From Escherichia phage p000y, in sequence record MK047718.1: DNA of 64,000 nt; one strand, written 5' to 3'. Made by a program: the position numbers and the translations under genes. The notes under the pieces were generated by a model that worked only from the letters and a program-made list of their open reading frames with translations, had not been told where the DNA came from and ran no database searches. Of the stretch, positions 23,456 through 31,998 are shown one piece after another. Each line of letters begins with the position of its first letter. Position 1 is the stretch's first letter.

Positions 23456-23878
23456 ATGGCTTTTAAAGGTTTTGAAGTTGGTAAGAAATATCGTATTATC
23501 AAAGGACAGGAAGATAATTTCTTGAGAATTCTTAATACGACTGGTAAACGTCTTAACACTACTCTGCATACAGTTTTATTATCAAGAGATTTTATTGTAG
23601 AAGAGATGATTGGTTATGGTGTTTCAATGATTGCCGCTGAAACCGATGGACCTGGACGTACAATCATTAGTATGCAAGGTGATATTCTGATTTATGGTGC
23701 AGAATTTAAATTCTTTGAAGAAGTTCCGGAACAAGATACAGCTGTCGATTTCAAAAAAGGCTCTATAGAATTTGTTGATGGTTCGGTGATCGTATCAGGC
23801 GATGTGGTCATTACAGTTAAAAGTGAACAAGGGCGTTTGGCTGCAATTGATGCACTTCAGAAAATTAAATTTAAATAA
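23456..23878 (+). CDS. hypothetical protein (140 aa)
   Basis: ATG 2 nt after the upstream stop, followed by a UUCG terminator. Confidence 0.6.
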   Translation: MAFKGFEVGKKYRIIKGQEDNFLRILNTTGKRLNTTLHTVLLSRDFIVEEMIGYGVSMIAAETDGPGRTIISMQGDILIYGAEFKFFEEVPEQDTAVDFKKGSIEFVDGSVIVSGDVVITVKSEQGRLAAIDALQKIKFK

Positions 23879-23896
23879 GGGCTTCGGCCCTTTTTG
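23877..23896 (+). terminator. rho-independent terminator, UUCG tetraloop
   Basis: AAGGGC-TTCG-GCCCTT followed by a T run. Confidence 0.75.
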
Positions 23897-23919
23897 CTTT
23901 AGATTTCGGATGATAGAAT
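23895..23919 (+). promoter_or_regulatory. MotA-dependent middle promoter (gene 39)
   Basis: Consensus MotA box TTTGCTTTA (TGCTTTA 23895-23901), 12-nt spacer, TAGAAT 23914-23919. Confidence 0.65.
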
Positions 23920-23941
23920 ACCTTCATAACGAGGAGACAAC

Positions 23942-25759
23942 ATGATTAAAAATGAAATTAAGGTATTGTCAGATGTAGAACATATTAAGAAACGTAGTGG
24001 TATGTATATTGGTTCTTCTGCTAAAGAAGCACATGAGCGTTTTTTGTTTGGTAAATATCAACAAGTTGAATATGTTCCAGGTCTGGTTAAATTAATCGAT
24101 GAGATTATTGACAACTCGGTTGATGAAGCTATTCGTACATCATTTAAGTTTGCAAATAAAATTGATGTGCAAATTAAAAATAATCAAGTTTCGGTGGAAG
24201 ATAACGGACGTGGTATTCCTCAAGGTTTAGTTACCGACCAAACAGGTGAACAAATTCCTGGTCCTGTAGCAGCCTGGACTATTCCAAAGGCCGGTGGTAA
24301 CTTTGGTGATGACTCTGAACGCAAGACTGGTGGTATGAACGGCGTCGGGAGTAGTTTAACTAATATCTTCTCTACGTTGTTTACAGGCATCACGTCAGAT
24401 GGCGAAAATGAAATCACTGTTAACTGTTCAAACGGAATGGAAAACAAATCATGGTCTTCTAAGAAATCTAAAGGTAAAGGCACTAAAGTAATCTTCACTC
24501 CTGATTTCTCTTCATTTGAAGAGCATAATTTATCTCAAATTTATTTAGATATTACTTTAGACAGACTTCAAACATTGGCAGTCGTTTATCCTGATATCAA
24601 GTTCACATTTAATGGTAAAAAGGTTGATGGTAATTTTAAACGATTTGCTAAACAATTTGGTGAAGATAACATCATTCAAGAAAATGATAAAGTCTCTATA
24701 GCATTCACAACATCACCAGATGGCTTCCGTCATTTAACTTATGTGAATAACATCCATACTAAAAATGGTGGTCATCATGTTGAATGTGTAATGGATGATA
24801 TCTGCGAACATCTTTTGCCTGGTATTAAAAAGAAATATAAGGGTATTGAAGTCACTAAAGCTCGTGTTAAAGAATGCCTCACAATGTTGATGTTTATTAG
24901 AGACATGAGCAATATGCGTTTTGATTCTCAGACTAAAGAACGTTTAACGTCAACGTATGGTGATATTCGTAATCATATCCAATTAGATGCTAAGAAAATT
25001 GCTCAGGCACTTCTTAAAAACGAAGCCTTGATTATGCCTATTGTTGAAGCAGCATTAGCTCGTAAATTGGCGGCAGAAAAGGCTGCAGAAACTAAAGCAG
25101 CTAAAAAGGCAACTAAAGCTAAGGTTCATAAGCATATTAAAGCTAACCAATGTGGTAAAGACGCAGATACGACATTGTTCTTAACAGAAGGTGATTCTGC
25201 AATTGGTTATCTCATTGATGTTCGTGACCGTGAACTACACGGCGGATTCCCATTACGTGGTAAGGTGATGAATAGCTGGGGTATGTCATATGCGGATATG
25301 ATGAAGAACAAAGAGCTCTTTGATATCTGTGCTATCACAGGTCTTATTCTTGGTGAAAAGGCCGAGAATACGAACTATCGTAATATTGCAATTATGACTG
25401 ACGCAGATCACGACGGTCTTGGAAGTATCTATCCGGCTTTGCTTGCTTTCTTTAGTAATTGGCCTGAATTGTTTGAACAAGGACGTATTCGCTTTGTTAA
25501 AACACCTGTAATTATTGCACAAATTGGCAAAACTCAAAAATGGTTTTATACTGTAGCTGAGTATGAAGAAGTTAAAGATACACTGCCTAAGCATAGTATT
25601 CGATACATCAAGGGATTAGGCTCCCTTGAAAAGTCAGAGTATCGTGAAATGATTCAGAACCCTGTGTACGACGTAGTTAAACTTCCTGAAAATTGGAAAG
25701 AACTCTTTGAAATGTTGATGGGTGATGATTCAGAACTTCGTAAAGAATGGATGTCCTAA
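23942..25759 (+). CDS. 39: DNA topoisomerase II large subunit (gp39 with gp60 portion fused, GyrB-like)
   Basis: GHKL ATPase motifs (EIIDNSVDEA, DNGRGIP, GGMNGVGSS) and Toprim (LTEGDSA, MTDADHDG) lie in a single 605-aa ORF. There is no separate gene 60. Confidence 0.95.
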   Translation: MIKNEIKVLSDVEHIKKRSGMYIGSSAKEAHERFLFGKYQQVEYVPGLVKLIDEIIDNSVDEAIRTSFKFANKIDVQIKNNQVSVEDNGRGIPQGLVTDQTGEQIPGPVAAWTIPKAGGNFGDDSERKTGGMNGVGSSLTNIFSTLFTGITSDGENEITVNCSNGMENKSWSSKKSKGKGTKVIFTPDFSSFEEHNLSQIYLDITLDRLQTLAVVYPDIKFTFNGKKVDGNFKRFAKQFGEDNIIQENDKVSIAFTTSPDGFRHLTYVNNIHTKNGGHHVECVMDDICEHLLPGIKKKYKGIEVTKARVKECLTMLMFIRDMSNMRFDSQTKERLTSTYGDIRNHIQLDAKKIAQALLKNEALIMPIVEAALARKLAAEKAAETKAAKKATKAKVHKHIKANQCGKDADTTLFLTEGDSAIGYLIDVRDRELHGGFPLRGKVMNSWGMSYADMMKNKELFDICAITGLILGEKAENTNYRNIAIMTDADHDGLGSIYPALLAFFSNWPELFEQGRIRFVKTPVIIAQIGKTQKWFYTVAEYEEVKDTLPKHSIRYIKGLGSLEKSEYREMIQNPVYDVVKLPENWKELFEMLMGDDSELRKEWMS

Positions 25760-25785
25760 GCTCCTTCGGGAGCTTCATTTTAATT
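25758..25785 (+). terminator. terminator-like hairpin, UUCG tetraloop
   Basis: AAGCTCC-TTCG-GGAGCTT then CATTTTAATTTT, after gene 39. Confidence 0.6.
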
Positions 25786-25801
25786 TTAATAAGGCTTAAT
25801 T

Positions 25802-26902
25802 ATGAAAGTTATGTTTATCCCATCTCGCGCAGTCCCATTTAACCCAGAACGTGTACAAGGTGGTCTTGAAGCAGTACATTTAAATGTGTTGAAATATTTA
25901 GTTTCTATCTGTGCTGATATTGATTATATCGGTTTTGATAATGACACATTTGGTGATTGGAAGGTTAATCATCATCCTGTTGGTCATCTGACAAAATTCA
26001 GTCTAGGTATGAGTTATACTATGGCTCGTAAGATTGTTGAACTAGCCGGCATCCATGAATACGATTTCGTTGTTACTATGGAACCGACTAAACTAACCGT
26101 TCAGGCAATTAAAGACGCAGGCCTCTCTAAAGTTCATAAGAATTTTATGGCAACACCATTTGAACCGGTATCTCGTGGCATTGTTCAAATTTGGGACCAG
26201 ACTATTCAAATTCATAAGAATGGTGGTAAGAGTTATGCTCCTACTAAAGCCTTCCGTGAATTTGAACGCAAATATTGTTATATGACTTCAGGTCTGACTG
26301 ACAAAATTGATTATGATTATTGGCGAGCAAATCCGTTGTTTGAAGCCGAAGATTATCCGGTTATTTGTTTGAATGAGAAACCTGAAGTTCTTCCGGCGAC
26401 GGATCTGATTATTAGTGCACAACGTTATGACACTAAAATGCGTCGTACTGATGTTGCTCTTGAAGCGATTAAAGCACTAGGCGAAAATGGTGCAGGATAC
26501 TGTCCTAGTAAATGGGCACCACCAGCTAAATATCCTGTTATTATTGATGCTCCACACAGTGAAATCATGGAACGCCTTAAAACAGCTAAAGCACTTATTA
26601 ATACGTGTCCTGACACAGGTACGGTAGAGAATAGTTCTATTGAAGCCATCTCTAAAGGTGTCCCTGTAATCCAGTTAGTTTTTAAGGATTATCCTCATGC
26701 GACATTTGAATACGACCCAGATACTGTGCGTGTAGAAATTGATTCCTCTACTCCTAAGAAAGAAGTAGTTGCGCTTTACACAAAAGCTGTATTAGAATTC
26801 ACTGACACATACGAAGCTCGAGTTAAACGTGCTGAAGCAGTATGGAAGAAGTATAACCGAGATGCAGTTGTTGCGATGTGGGATAAAATCTTCACAGCGT
26901 AA
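25802..26902 (+). CDS. GT-B (GT4-like) glycosyltransferase, candidate DNA sugar transferase
   Basis: N-terminal MKVMFIPSR...GGLE, C-terminal ISAQRYDTKMRRTDVALEAIKAL and TGTVENSSIEAISKGVPVI (E...EA..G.PVI donor-binding pattern). Sits between 39 and rIIA.1, where T4 has gene 60/mobA. Confidence 0.6.
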   Translation: MKVMFIPSRAVPFNPERVQGGLEAVHLNVLKYLVSICADIDYIGFDNDTFGDWKVNHHPVGHLTKFSLGMSYTMARKIVELAGIHEYDFVVTMEPTKLTVQAIKDAGLSKVHKNFMATPFEPVSRGIVQIWDQTIQIHKNGGKSYAPTKAFREFERKYCYMTSGLTDKIDYDYWRANPLFEAEDYPVICLNEKPEVLPATDLIISAQRYDTKMRRTDVALEAIKALGENGAGYCPSKWAPPAKYPVIIDAPHSEIMERLKTAKALINTCPDTGTVENSSIEAISKGVPVIQLVFKDYPHATFEYDPDTVRVEIDSSTPKKEVVALYTKAVLEFTDTYEARVKRAEAVWKKYNRDAVVAMWDKIFTA

Positions 26903-26918
26903 ATCCTGAATAGCCTGA

Positions 26919-26969
26919 GGCACTATTACACATAAGATGATAGATTATATGGTCTTTAGTAATAGTGCC
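26919..26969. repeat. 11-bp perfect inverted repeat with 29-nt loop between the GT gene and rIIA.1
   Basis: GGCACTATTAC (26919-26929) / GTAATAGTGCC (26959-26969). The loop contains a -10-like GATAGATTAT, but no -35 is recognisable. Confidence 0.6.
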
Positions 26970-26994
26970 CTAGGAATCTACTGAAGAGAATATT

Positions 26995-27195
26995 ATGAGA
27001 ACATATAACGTGGACTTGGAACTTTTTGATAAAGCAGTGCTCCGGGAATTCCGGCTTATCCAAAGATTTTTTGATATTGAGTCAGCAGAGTCCTTTAAAG
27101 AACGCTTTAAAGAAATTCGATATAAAATACAAACTGATACAGCTACTAAAGAAGAACTTCTCGAAGTGGCAGAAATTTTTAAACGTAACTTGTGA
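26995..27195 (+). CDS. hypothetical protein (66 aa), rIIA.1 position
   Basis: ORF immediately upstream of rIIA. Confidence 0.55.
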   Translation: MRTYNVDLELFDKAVLREFRLIQRFFDIESAESFKERFKEIRYKIQTDTATKEELLEVAEIFKRNL

Positions 27196-27207
27196 TGAGA
27201 GAAAAAT

Positions 27208-29421
27208 ATGATTATTGAAACGGCTAAAGAAACAATTATTGGTTCAGGCGGTAAGAGCACAGCATTTACTATTCAAGGCAATAGCAAAGTTTATAAGATT
27301 TTGTCTAATGACCTTTATACAAACAAAGAATTGGCTTGTGTACGTGAATTAATCACAAACTGTATCGATGGACAAATTCTTAATGGTTGCACCGACAAGT
27401 TTATTGTTCAGGCTCCAGGTCGTTTAGACCCACGTTTTGTAGTTCGAGACTTTGGTCCTGGTATGAGTGATTTCACCATTCGAGGTAATGATGAAGAGCC
27501 AGGAATCTATAACTCATATTTTGCTTCAACTAAAACATCGAGTAACGATTTCATTGGTGGTTTCGGTCTCGGTTCTAAAGCTCCATTAGCATATACTGAT
27601 ACGTTTAACCTTACGTCTTATCACAACGGTGAAGTTCGTGGTTACGTAATTTACCAAGATGACACGGGTCCACAAATTAAGCCAACCTTTGTAGATAAGA
27701 TGGGCCCTGATGACAGTACGGGTGTAGAAGTAGTTGTACCGGTTAACCCAGAAGATTTTGAAAAGTTCGCATCCGAAATTGCTTATGTTATGCGTCCTCT
27801 CGGCGATATTGCAGAAGTTCGTGGTGTTAAAGATATTAAATACTTTCCTGAATTTGACGATGTATATTTGGCCAAGGAAGCTCCATGGGGTGAACGTGGT
27901 AATATCATGGCTGTTTATGGTGGTATTGTATATCCAATCGGAAGTGTTATTAAAGAACAAACATGGATGATGACACGATGCACTACAGCTTATATTAAAT
28001 TCCCTATGGGTGAACTAGATGTAGCCCCGTCTCGTGAAGCATTGTCATTTGATAAACGTACAGTAGCAAATATCCATAAACGCGTTGCAGAAATCGATGC
28101 AAAATTATTTGCTGAAGATTCTAAGAAATGGATTGATTGTGAATATCCACGTCATGTATTCCGTGAAATCGATTCTCTTGGTTACTCTGCTCGTAAATAT
28201 ATGGAAAAGGCCGGGTCTAATATTGAATCACTGAAATACTCTAAAGAACAACTAACTTATTCTGAGTTGTACAAACGTTTTAAAATGGGGCCTGAGTGGT
28301 GTAATCTTGGTGTCGTATACGATATCGTTGAATCCCCTCGTCTTCGTCGTATTCGTGAAAGCGGTAGCTCAACGGCAACCATTTCAATTAACAGTCTGAT
28401 TGGCATTAACATTAAAAACGTTGAAATTGTTATTGACGACGTTAAGGGACGCGTTCCATTAATGCGAGCTCTTAATTCAATTGAAATGTCTAAAGACGAG
28501 GTTAAATTAACCGGTAAAGTTCCACGCGGTTTTGGTAAAAGCGTACTATTCGTTGACCCTACAGACGAAGATGCAATGAAACTTCTGGAACGCCTTAAAG
28601 TTATCTTTGATGGCGACAACATTAACATGTACAAGACTTCAGAGCTTTTACAAATCGTTAAGCCATGGATTGAAGTCAAGACTCGTTCTAATGGGCCTCG
28701 TCCTAAATCCCCAAGTGCTCATCGGTTCTTTAAGAATGAAAACGATGTTTGGGTATCAGAAGACCTCTTTATTCCGGCAAGTGAAGCAGATGAAATCCAA
28801 GGTTATGCTATAGTTCGTAATCGTTCTAATGCTGAATGTCTTGACTCAGATAAAGGTTGGTTGAACTATGACTCCAATTTCTTGACCCGTATTGCTGATT
28901 TGTCAGGTATTAAAGAGTTCACTGTAGTTCGTCCACAGATTGCTAAGAAAGTTCGTAAACTTGGTGAAGTAGAATGCTTGTTCGAAAAATCAATTAATGA
29001 CTATATTACGCTAATCGATAAAGTAGATTATGATGAGTATGTATCACCAAGTCGTAGAGCACAGCCCTATCTAAACCATATTACTCGTAATGAAGAGCTT
29101 AACTTCCTTAGTAAGTATTTTAGCTCTAAGAACAAAGAAATCAGTAAAGACTTTGCAAAACTCTCCACAGTAAATAATCGCTGGGGATGGAATCGATTCG
29201 CAGGTGCTACTAATACAGACCTGAATAAGAAGTTAGAATTGTGTGCTAAAATTTTCGATAAGCTTAAAGATAATGCTTACGATAATGATGATAAAATGGT
29301 TATTGAATTCGAAACCAATTATCATATTGTGTCAGACTACATGGGACGACGTGGTACTCTTTCCAAAGAACAGGTCGCTCAAATCGTTAAATTCATGAAG
29401 GCCGTGGAAGCGGCCAAATAA
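27208..29421 (+). CDS. rIIA: rIIA protein (GHKL-ATPase-like membrane-associated lysis-inhibition / Rex-exclusion protector)
   Basis: MIIETAKETIIGSGGKS...VRELITNCIDG...GGFGLGSK colinear with T4 rIIA. 737 aa. Confidence 0.95.
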   Translation: MIIETAKETIIGSGGKSTAFTIQGNSKVYKILSNDLYTNKELACVRELITNCIDGQILNGCTDKFIVQAPGRLDPRFVVRDFGPGMSDFTIRGNDEEPGIYNSYFASTKTSSNDFIGGFGLGSKAPLAYTDTFNLTSYHNGEVRGYVIYQDDTGPQIKPTFVDKMGPDDSTGVEVVVPVNPEDFEKFASEIAYVMRPLGDIAEVRGVKDIKYFPEFDDVYLAKEAPWGERGNIMAVYGGIVYPIGSVIKEQTWMMTRCTTAYIKFPMGELDVAPSREALSFDKRTVANIHKRVAEIDAKLFAEDSKKWIDCEYPRHVFREIDSLGYSARKYMEKAGSNIESLKYSKEQLTYSELYKRFKMGPEWCNLGVVYDIVESPRLRRIRESGSSTATISINSLIGINIKNVEIVIDDVKGRVPLMRALNSIEMSKDEVKLTGKVPRGFGKSVLFVDPTDEDAMKLLERLKVIFDGDNINMYKTSELLQIVKPWIEVKTRSNGPRPKSPSAHRFFKNENDVWVSEDLFIPASEADEIQGYAIVRNRSNAECLDSDKGWLNYDSNFLTRIADLSGIKEFTVVRPQIAKKVRKLGEVECLFEKSINDYITLIDKVDYDEYVSPSRRAQPYLNHITRNEELNFLSKYFSSKNKEISKDFAKLSTVNNRWGWNRFAGATNTDLNKKLELCAKIFDKLKDNAYDNDDKMVIEFETNYHIVSDYMGRRGTLSKEQVAQIVKFMKAVEAAK

Positions 29422-29430
29422 GGAAACATT

Positions 29431-30357
29431 ATGTACAATATCAAATGCTTGTCCCAAGAAGAACAGTTAGAAGCTTACAGACTGGTTGAATCAGGTCAAT
29501 GGACCCGTCGGGAAATTGCTGATTACTTCGACATTTCAACAGATACTCTTCGTAAGATTGTTAAGAATTTTAAAGCCGAAGATGAGACTTCGAAAGTTGA
29601 AGAAGTTCCAGAAAATGATGAACCTATTATCGGCGGCCATCGTCCTGAAATCGTATGGAACGCGTCATCTAAATTTATTTCAATTATTGAAGGACGCGTA
29701 GCATATAATGCGACTCCATCAAGTCATGCAAATTTTGAAGAAATTAAAGCTAATCTGGTCGCAGGAAACCTTAGTAAAGCTGTCGAACTTATTAACATCA
29801 AGAAAGCTATTAGTAAGTTTGTTGACGGTAATGTTGTTATTGAAGGTGGTAGTTTATTTTATCAAGGTATAGAGATTCGTTCAGGGCTGGTTAACCGTAT
29901 TATTGATTCCATGGAAAAAGGCGAAGACTTTAAATTCTATCTGCCATTCCTTGAAAACCTGTTAGAAAACCCAAGTGAAAAAGCTGTACAACGTTTATTC
30001 GACTTCTTGGTTGCAAACGATATTGAAATCACTGAAGATGGTCATTTCTATGCGTGGAAAGTAGTTCGTAAGGACTATTTAGACTGCTATAGTGGTACAT
30101 TCGATAACTCACCAGGTAAAGTTGTTTCAATGCCTCGTACTCGTGTTAACGATGATGATACTCAAACCTGCTCCCGTGGTCTACATGTTTGTGCTAAATC
30201 TTATATTCGCCACTTTGGTTCAAGCTCAGATAAAGTTGTTAAGGTTAAAGTTCATCCACGTGATGTTGTATCTATCCCAGTTGACTACGGCGATGCTAAG
30301 ATGCGTACTTGTCGTTACGAAGTAATTTCAGACGTTACTGAATTATTTGCAGAATAA
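29431..30357 (+). CDS. rIIB: rIIB protein
   Basis: MYNIKCL...FYLPFLENLLENPS...CSRGLHVC...HPRDVVSIP match T4 rIIB. Confidence 0.95.
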   Translation: MYNIKCLSQEEQLEAYRLVESGQWTRREIADYFDISTDTLRKIVKNFKAEDETSKVEEVPENDEPIIGGHRPEIVWNASSKFISIIEGRVAYNATPSSHANFEEIKANLVAGNLSKAVELINIKKAISKFVDGNVVIEGGSLFYQGIEIRSGLVNRIIDSMEKGEDFKFYLPFLENLLENPSEKAVQRLFDFLVANDIEITEDGHFYAWKVVRKDYLDCYSGTFDNSPGKVVSMPRTRVNDDDTQTCSRGLHVCAKSYIRHFGSSSDKVVKVKVHPRDVVSIPVDYGDAKMRTCRYEVISDVTELFAE

Positions 30358-30362
30358 TAATT

Positions 30363-30385
30363 GGGGACTTCGGTCCCCTTTTTTC
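30363..30385 (+). terminator. rho-independent terminator, UUCG tetraloop
   Basis: GGGGAC-TTCG-GTCCCC followed by T6, after rIIB. Confidence 0.85.
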
Positions 30386-30398
30386 TTTAGGGGTAATT

Positions 30399-30686
30399 AT
30401 GATTCATCCATTTGACGTATCAGAATCCAAAATTGCTAATCTTCGTGGTCATCATAAGTGTAAATCGGTTTATTGTGCTAAATTGGTAAAACACCCAGGT
30501 GATGCACACTATGGCTGGTTAGAATGCGACGAAGTTGTTAATGAAATTCCACCTGTAGATGCTGAATATCTTGAAGAAGGTGACCGCATTTATTTTGGCG
30601 AACTACACATCAGAGGTATCTATGGTAAAGACGAACTTGGGATTGTTGAGACTGAAGAGTCTTCCGACATTTATTCTGTCGAATGA
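30399..30686 (+). CDS. hypothetical protein (95 aa), rIIB.1 position
   Basis: ORF after the rIIB terminator. No recognisable family. Confidence 0.55.
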   Translation: MIHPFDVSESKIANLRGHHKCKSVYCAKLVKHPGDAHYGWLECDEVVNEIPPVDAEYLEEGDRIYFGELHIRGIYGKDELGIVETEESSDIYSVE

Positions 30687-30702
30687 GTTTTTGACTAGTG
30701 AA

Positions 30703-31179
30703 ATGAAGGTGAAGATTGCTGACACTGCTCGATATTCGTTGAGCCAAAATCCAGGTCAAATAAAAGAAGACGTTGTTCGACGTTGTAAGGTTGCAGTCTT
30801 TGCAGAGTATGTAGTAGCAAATTGGCTAGACGGATATGTTAATAAAGGTAATGAAGACGTAGAAGACCCGTACACGTATGCATGGGACGTTTTAGCTCAT
30901 CCTAAGTACTGTGGTCTACGCGTAGAAGTAAAGACCCATCAGATGGATTCGAAATGGATTTCGGTTACCACAGGATACGGTGGTGATTATCCGGGTGGTA
31001 ATGGAATCAATATAGGGCCCTTCTTGAATCATCGAGTCGCAGATTGTATTATTATATTAGATGTCAAAGAAACCTCACCTGACGTCTTCTCTTATTCTAT
31101 AAAGTTCGTGGGAGACCATGAAGACCTAAAGAAAATCGTCCGTAAGAGCAACTACAACGGATGGTATCTTCATCTTTAA
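30703..31179 (+). CDS. denB: DenB-like endonuclease IV (dC-specific ssDNA endonuclease), PD-(D/E)xK-like
   Basis: Position after rIIB/rIIB.1 as T4 denB. AWDV...RVEVKTH resembles a D...ExK nuclease core. I prefer ATG 30703, because the tracked start 30559 overlaps the previous ORF by 128 nt. Confidence 0.6.
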   Translation: MKVKIADTARYSLSQNPGQIKEDVVRRCKVAVFAEYVVANWLDGYVNKGNEDVEDPYTYAWDVLAHPKYCGLRVEVKTHQMDSKWISVTTGYGGDYPGGNGINIGPFLNHRVADCIIILDVKETSPDVFSYSIKFVGDHEDLKKIVRKSNYNGWYLHL

Positions 31180-31192
31180 TTTCATAAAAGTG

Positions 31193-31228
31193 TTTACAAC
31201 TAAGTAGGACTATGATATAGTAGTCCTA
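31193..31228 (+). promoter_or_regulatory. early promoter with 8-bp inverted repeat around the -10
   Basis: TTTACA 31193-31198, 17 nt, TATAGT 31216-31221. IR TAGGACTA (31205-31212) / TAGTCCTA (31221-31228). Confidence 0.7.
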
Positions 31229-31247
31229 TCTAAAAGAGGATAACATC

Positions 31248-31511
31248 ATGAAATTTAAATTTTTCTACGCAAAACATAAAGTAACAGGCGAATTTGTTTC
31301 AATGTACAACACTGCAGATGACGAAGGGATGATTTATACCCATTTGGGTCTATCTCATTGGGACTCAGACGTGCCTTATATGTCATCTGAAGCCGAAATA
31401 ACTCGTTTAGTTAACGGACATATGAACGACCATTTTAGTGTTATTCTTTCTAAAGACCTTAAAGAGGTTATCAACAAAGGATATATGGAACTTGCGGAAG
31501 TTGAGATATGA
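31248..31511 (+). CDS. hypothetical protein (87 aa)
   Basis: Early promoter/stem-loop at 31193-31228 and GAGGA SD. Confidence 0.6.
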   Translation: MKFKFFYAKHKVTGEFVSMYNTADDEGMIYTHLGLSHWDSDVPYMSSEAEITRLVNGHMNDHFSVILSKDLKEVINKGYMELAEVEI

Positions 31512-31594
31512 GCTCTAAAATGTGGATCGGAATATGGTTGCTTAGTATCCCTATGATTTGTATAATATTTTCAATTGCATTGAGGTACTTATGA
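31508..31594 (+). CDS. small hydrophobic peptide (28 aa)
   Basis: ATGA-coupled. MSSKMWIGIWLLSIPMICIIFSIALRYL forms a single TM segment. Confidence 0.4.
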   Translation: MSSKMWIGIWLLSIPMICIIFSIALRYL

Positions 31595-31698
31595 AAAATG
31601 CACTTATTGTATTAAGAACAATTTGTGATACGGGTTTTTACATTGCATGTTCGTTCACTGGAACATGGTTGGCTTTAACATATTTTAATGTAATTTAA
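31591..31698 (+). CDS. small hydrophobic peptide (35 aa)
   Basis: ATGA-coupled to the previous peptide. MKNALIVLRTICDTGFYIACSFTGTWLALTYFNVI. Confidence 0.4.
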   Translation: MKNALIVLRTICDTGFYIACSFTGTWLALTYFNVI

Positions 31699-31701
31699 TT
31701 G

Positions 31702-31738
31702 TTTACAACAAGGTAGGATTATGGTATAGTAGTCCTAC
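31702..31738 (+). promoter_or_regulatory. early promoter with inverted repeat around the -10
   Basis: TTTACA 31702-31707, 17 nt, TATAGT 31725-31730. IR GTAGGA (31713-31718) / TCCTAC (31733-31738). Confidence 0.7.
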
Positions 31739-31758
31739 TGAAACATGAGGAACACAAA

Positions 31759-31959
31759 ATGGCTAAGCTTTTTAAAGATGTTGAAATTGGTGAAAAATTT
31801 GTTCTGAATAACGGTCAGCAGCTTATTCGTGTAGCTTCTATCGCCGGACAAACTCATAACTGTATCGCCCCAACGTGTTGGACTCGATTCTTTATTGAAG
31901 ATGACACTGAATGTTTAACTGTTGAAGAGCTTTTTGAACGTTCCGATATAGCCGAATAA
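31759..31959 (+). CDS. hypothetical protein (66 aa)
   Basis: Early promoter/stem-loop at 31702-31738 and GAGGAA SD. Confidence 0.55.
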   Translation: MAKLFKDVEIGEKFVLNNGQQLIRVASIAGQTHNCIAPTCWTRFFIEDDTECLTVEELFERSDIAE

Positions 31960-31962
31960 AAT

Positions 31963-31998
31963 TGTACAAACTCTTGAGAGCAGAGTATAATGCTCTCA
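31963..31998 (+). promoter_or_regulatory. early promoter with 8-bp inverted repeat around the -10 (ndd)
   Basis: TGTACA 31963-31968, 17 nt, TATAAT 31986-31991. IR TGAGAGCA (31975-31982) / TGCTCTCA (31991-31998). Confidence 0.7.

Noticed and set aside
27586-28679. Several 68-140-aa ORFs in alternative frames or strands within rIIA
   Set aside because: They are fully nested in rIIA and lack independent start signals.
30559-30702. N-terminal extension of the denB-like ORF as given in the ORF track
   Set aside because: It would overlap ORF 30399-30686 by 128 nt in another frame. The ATG at 30703 gives a compact arrangement, although the protein is then shorter than T4 DenB, so the start remains uncertain.
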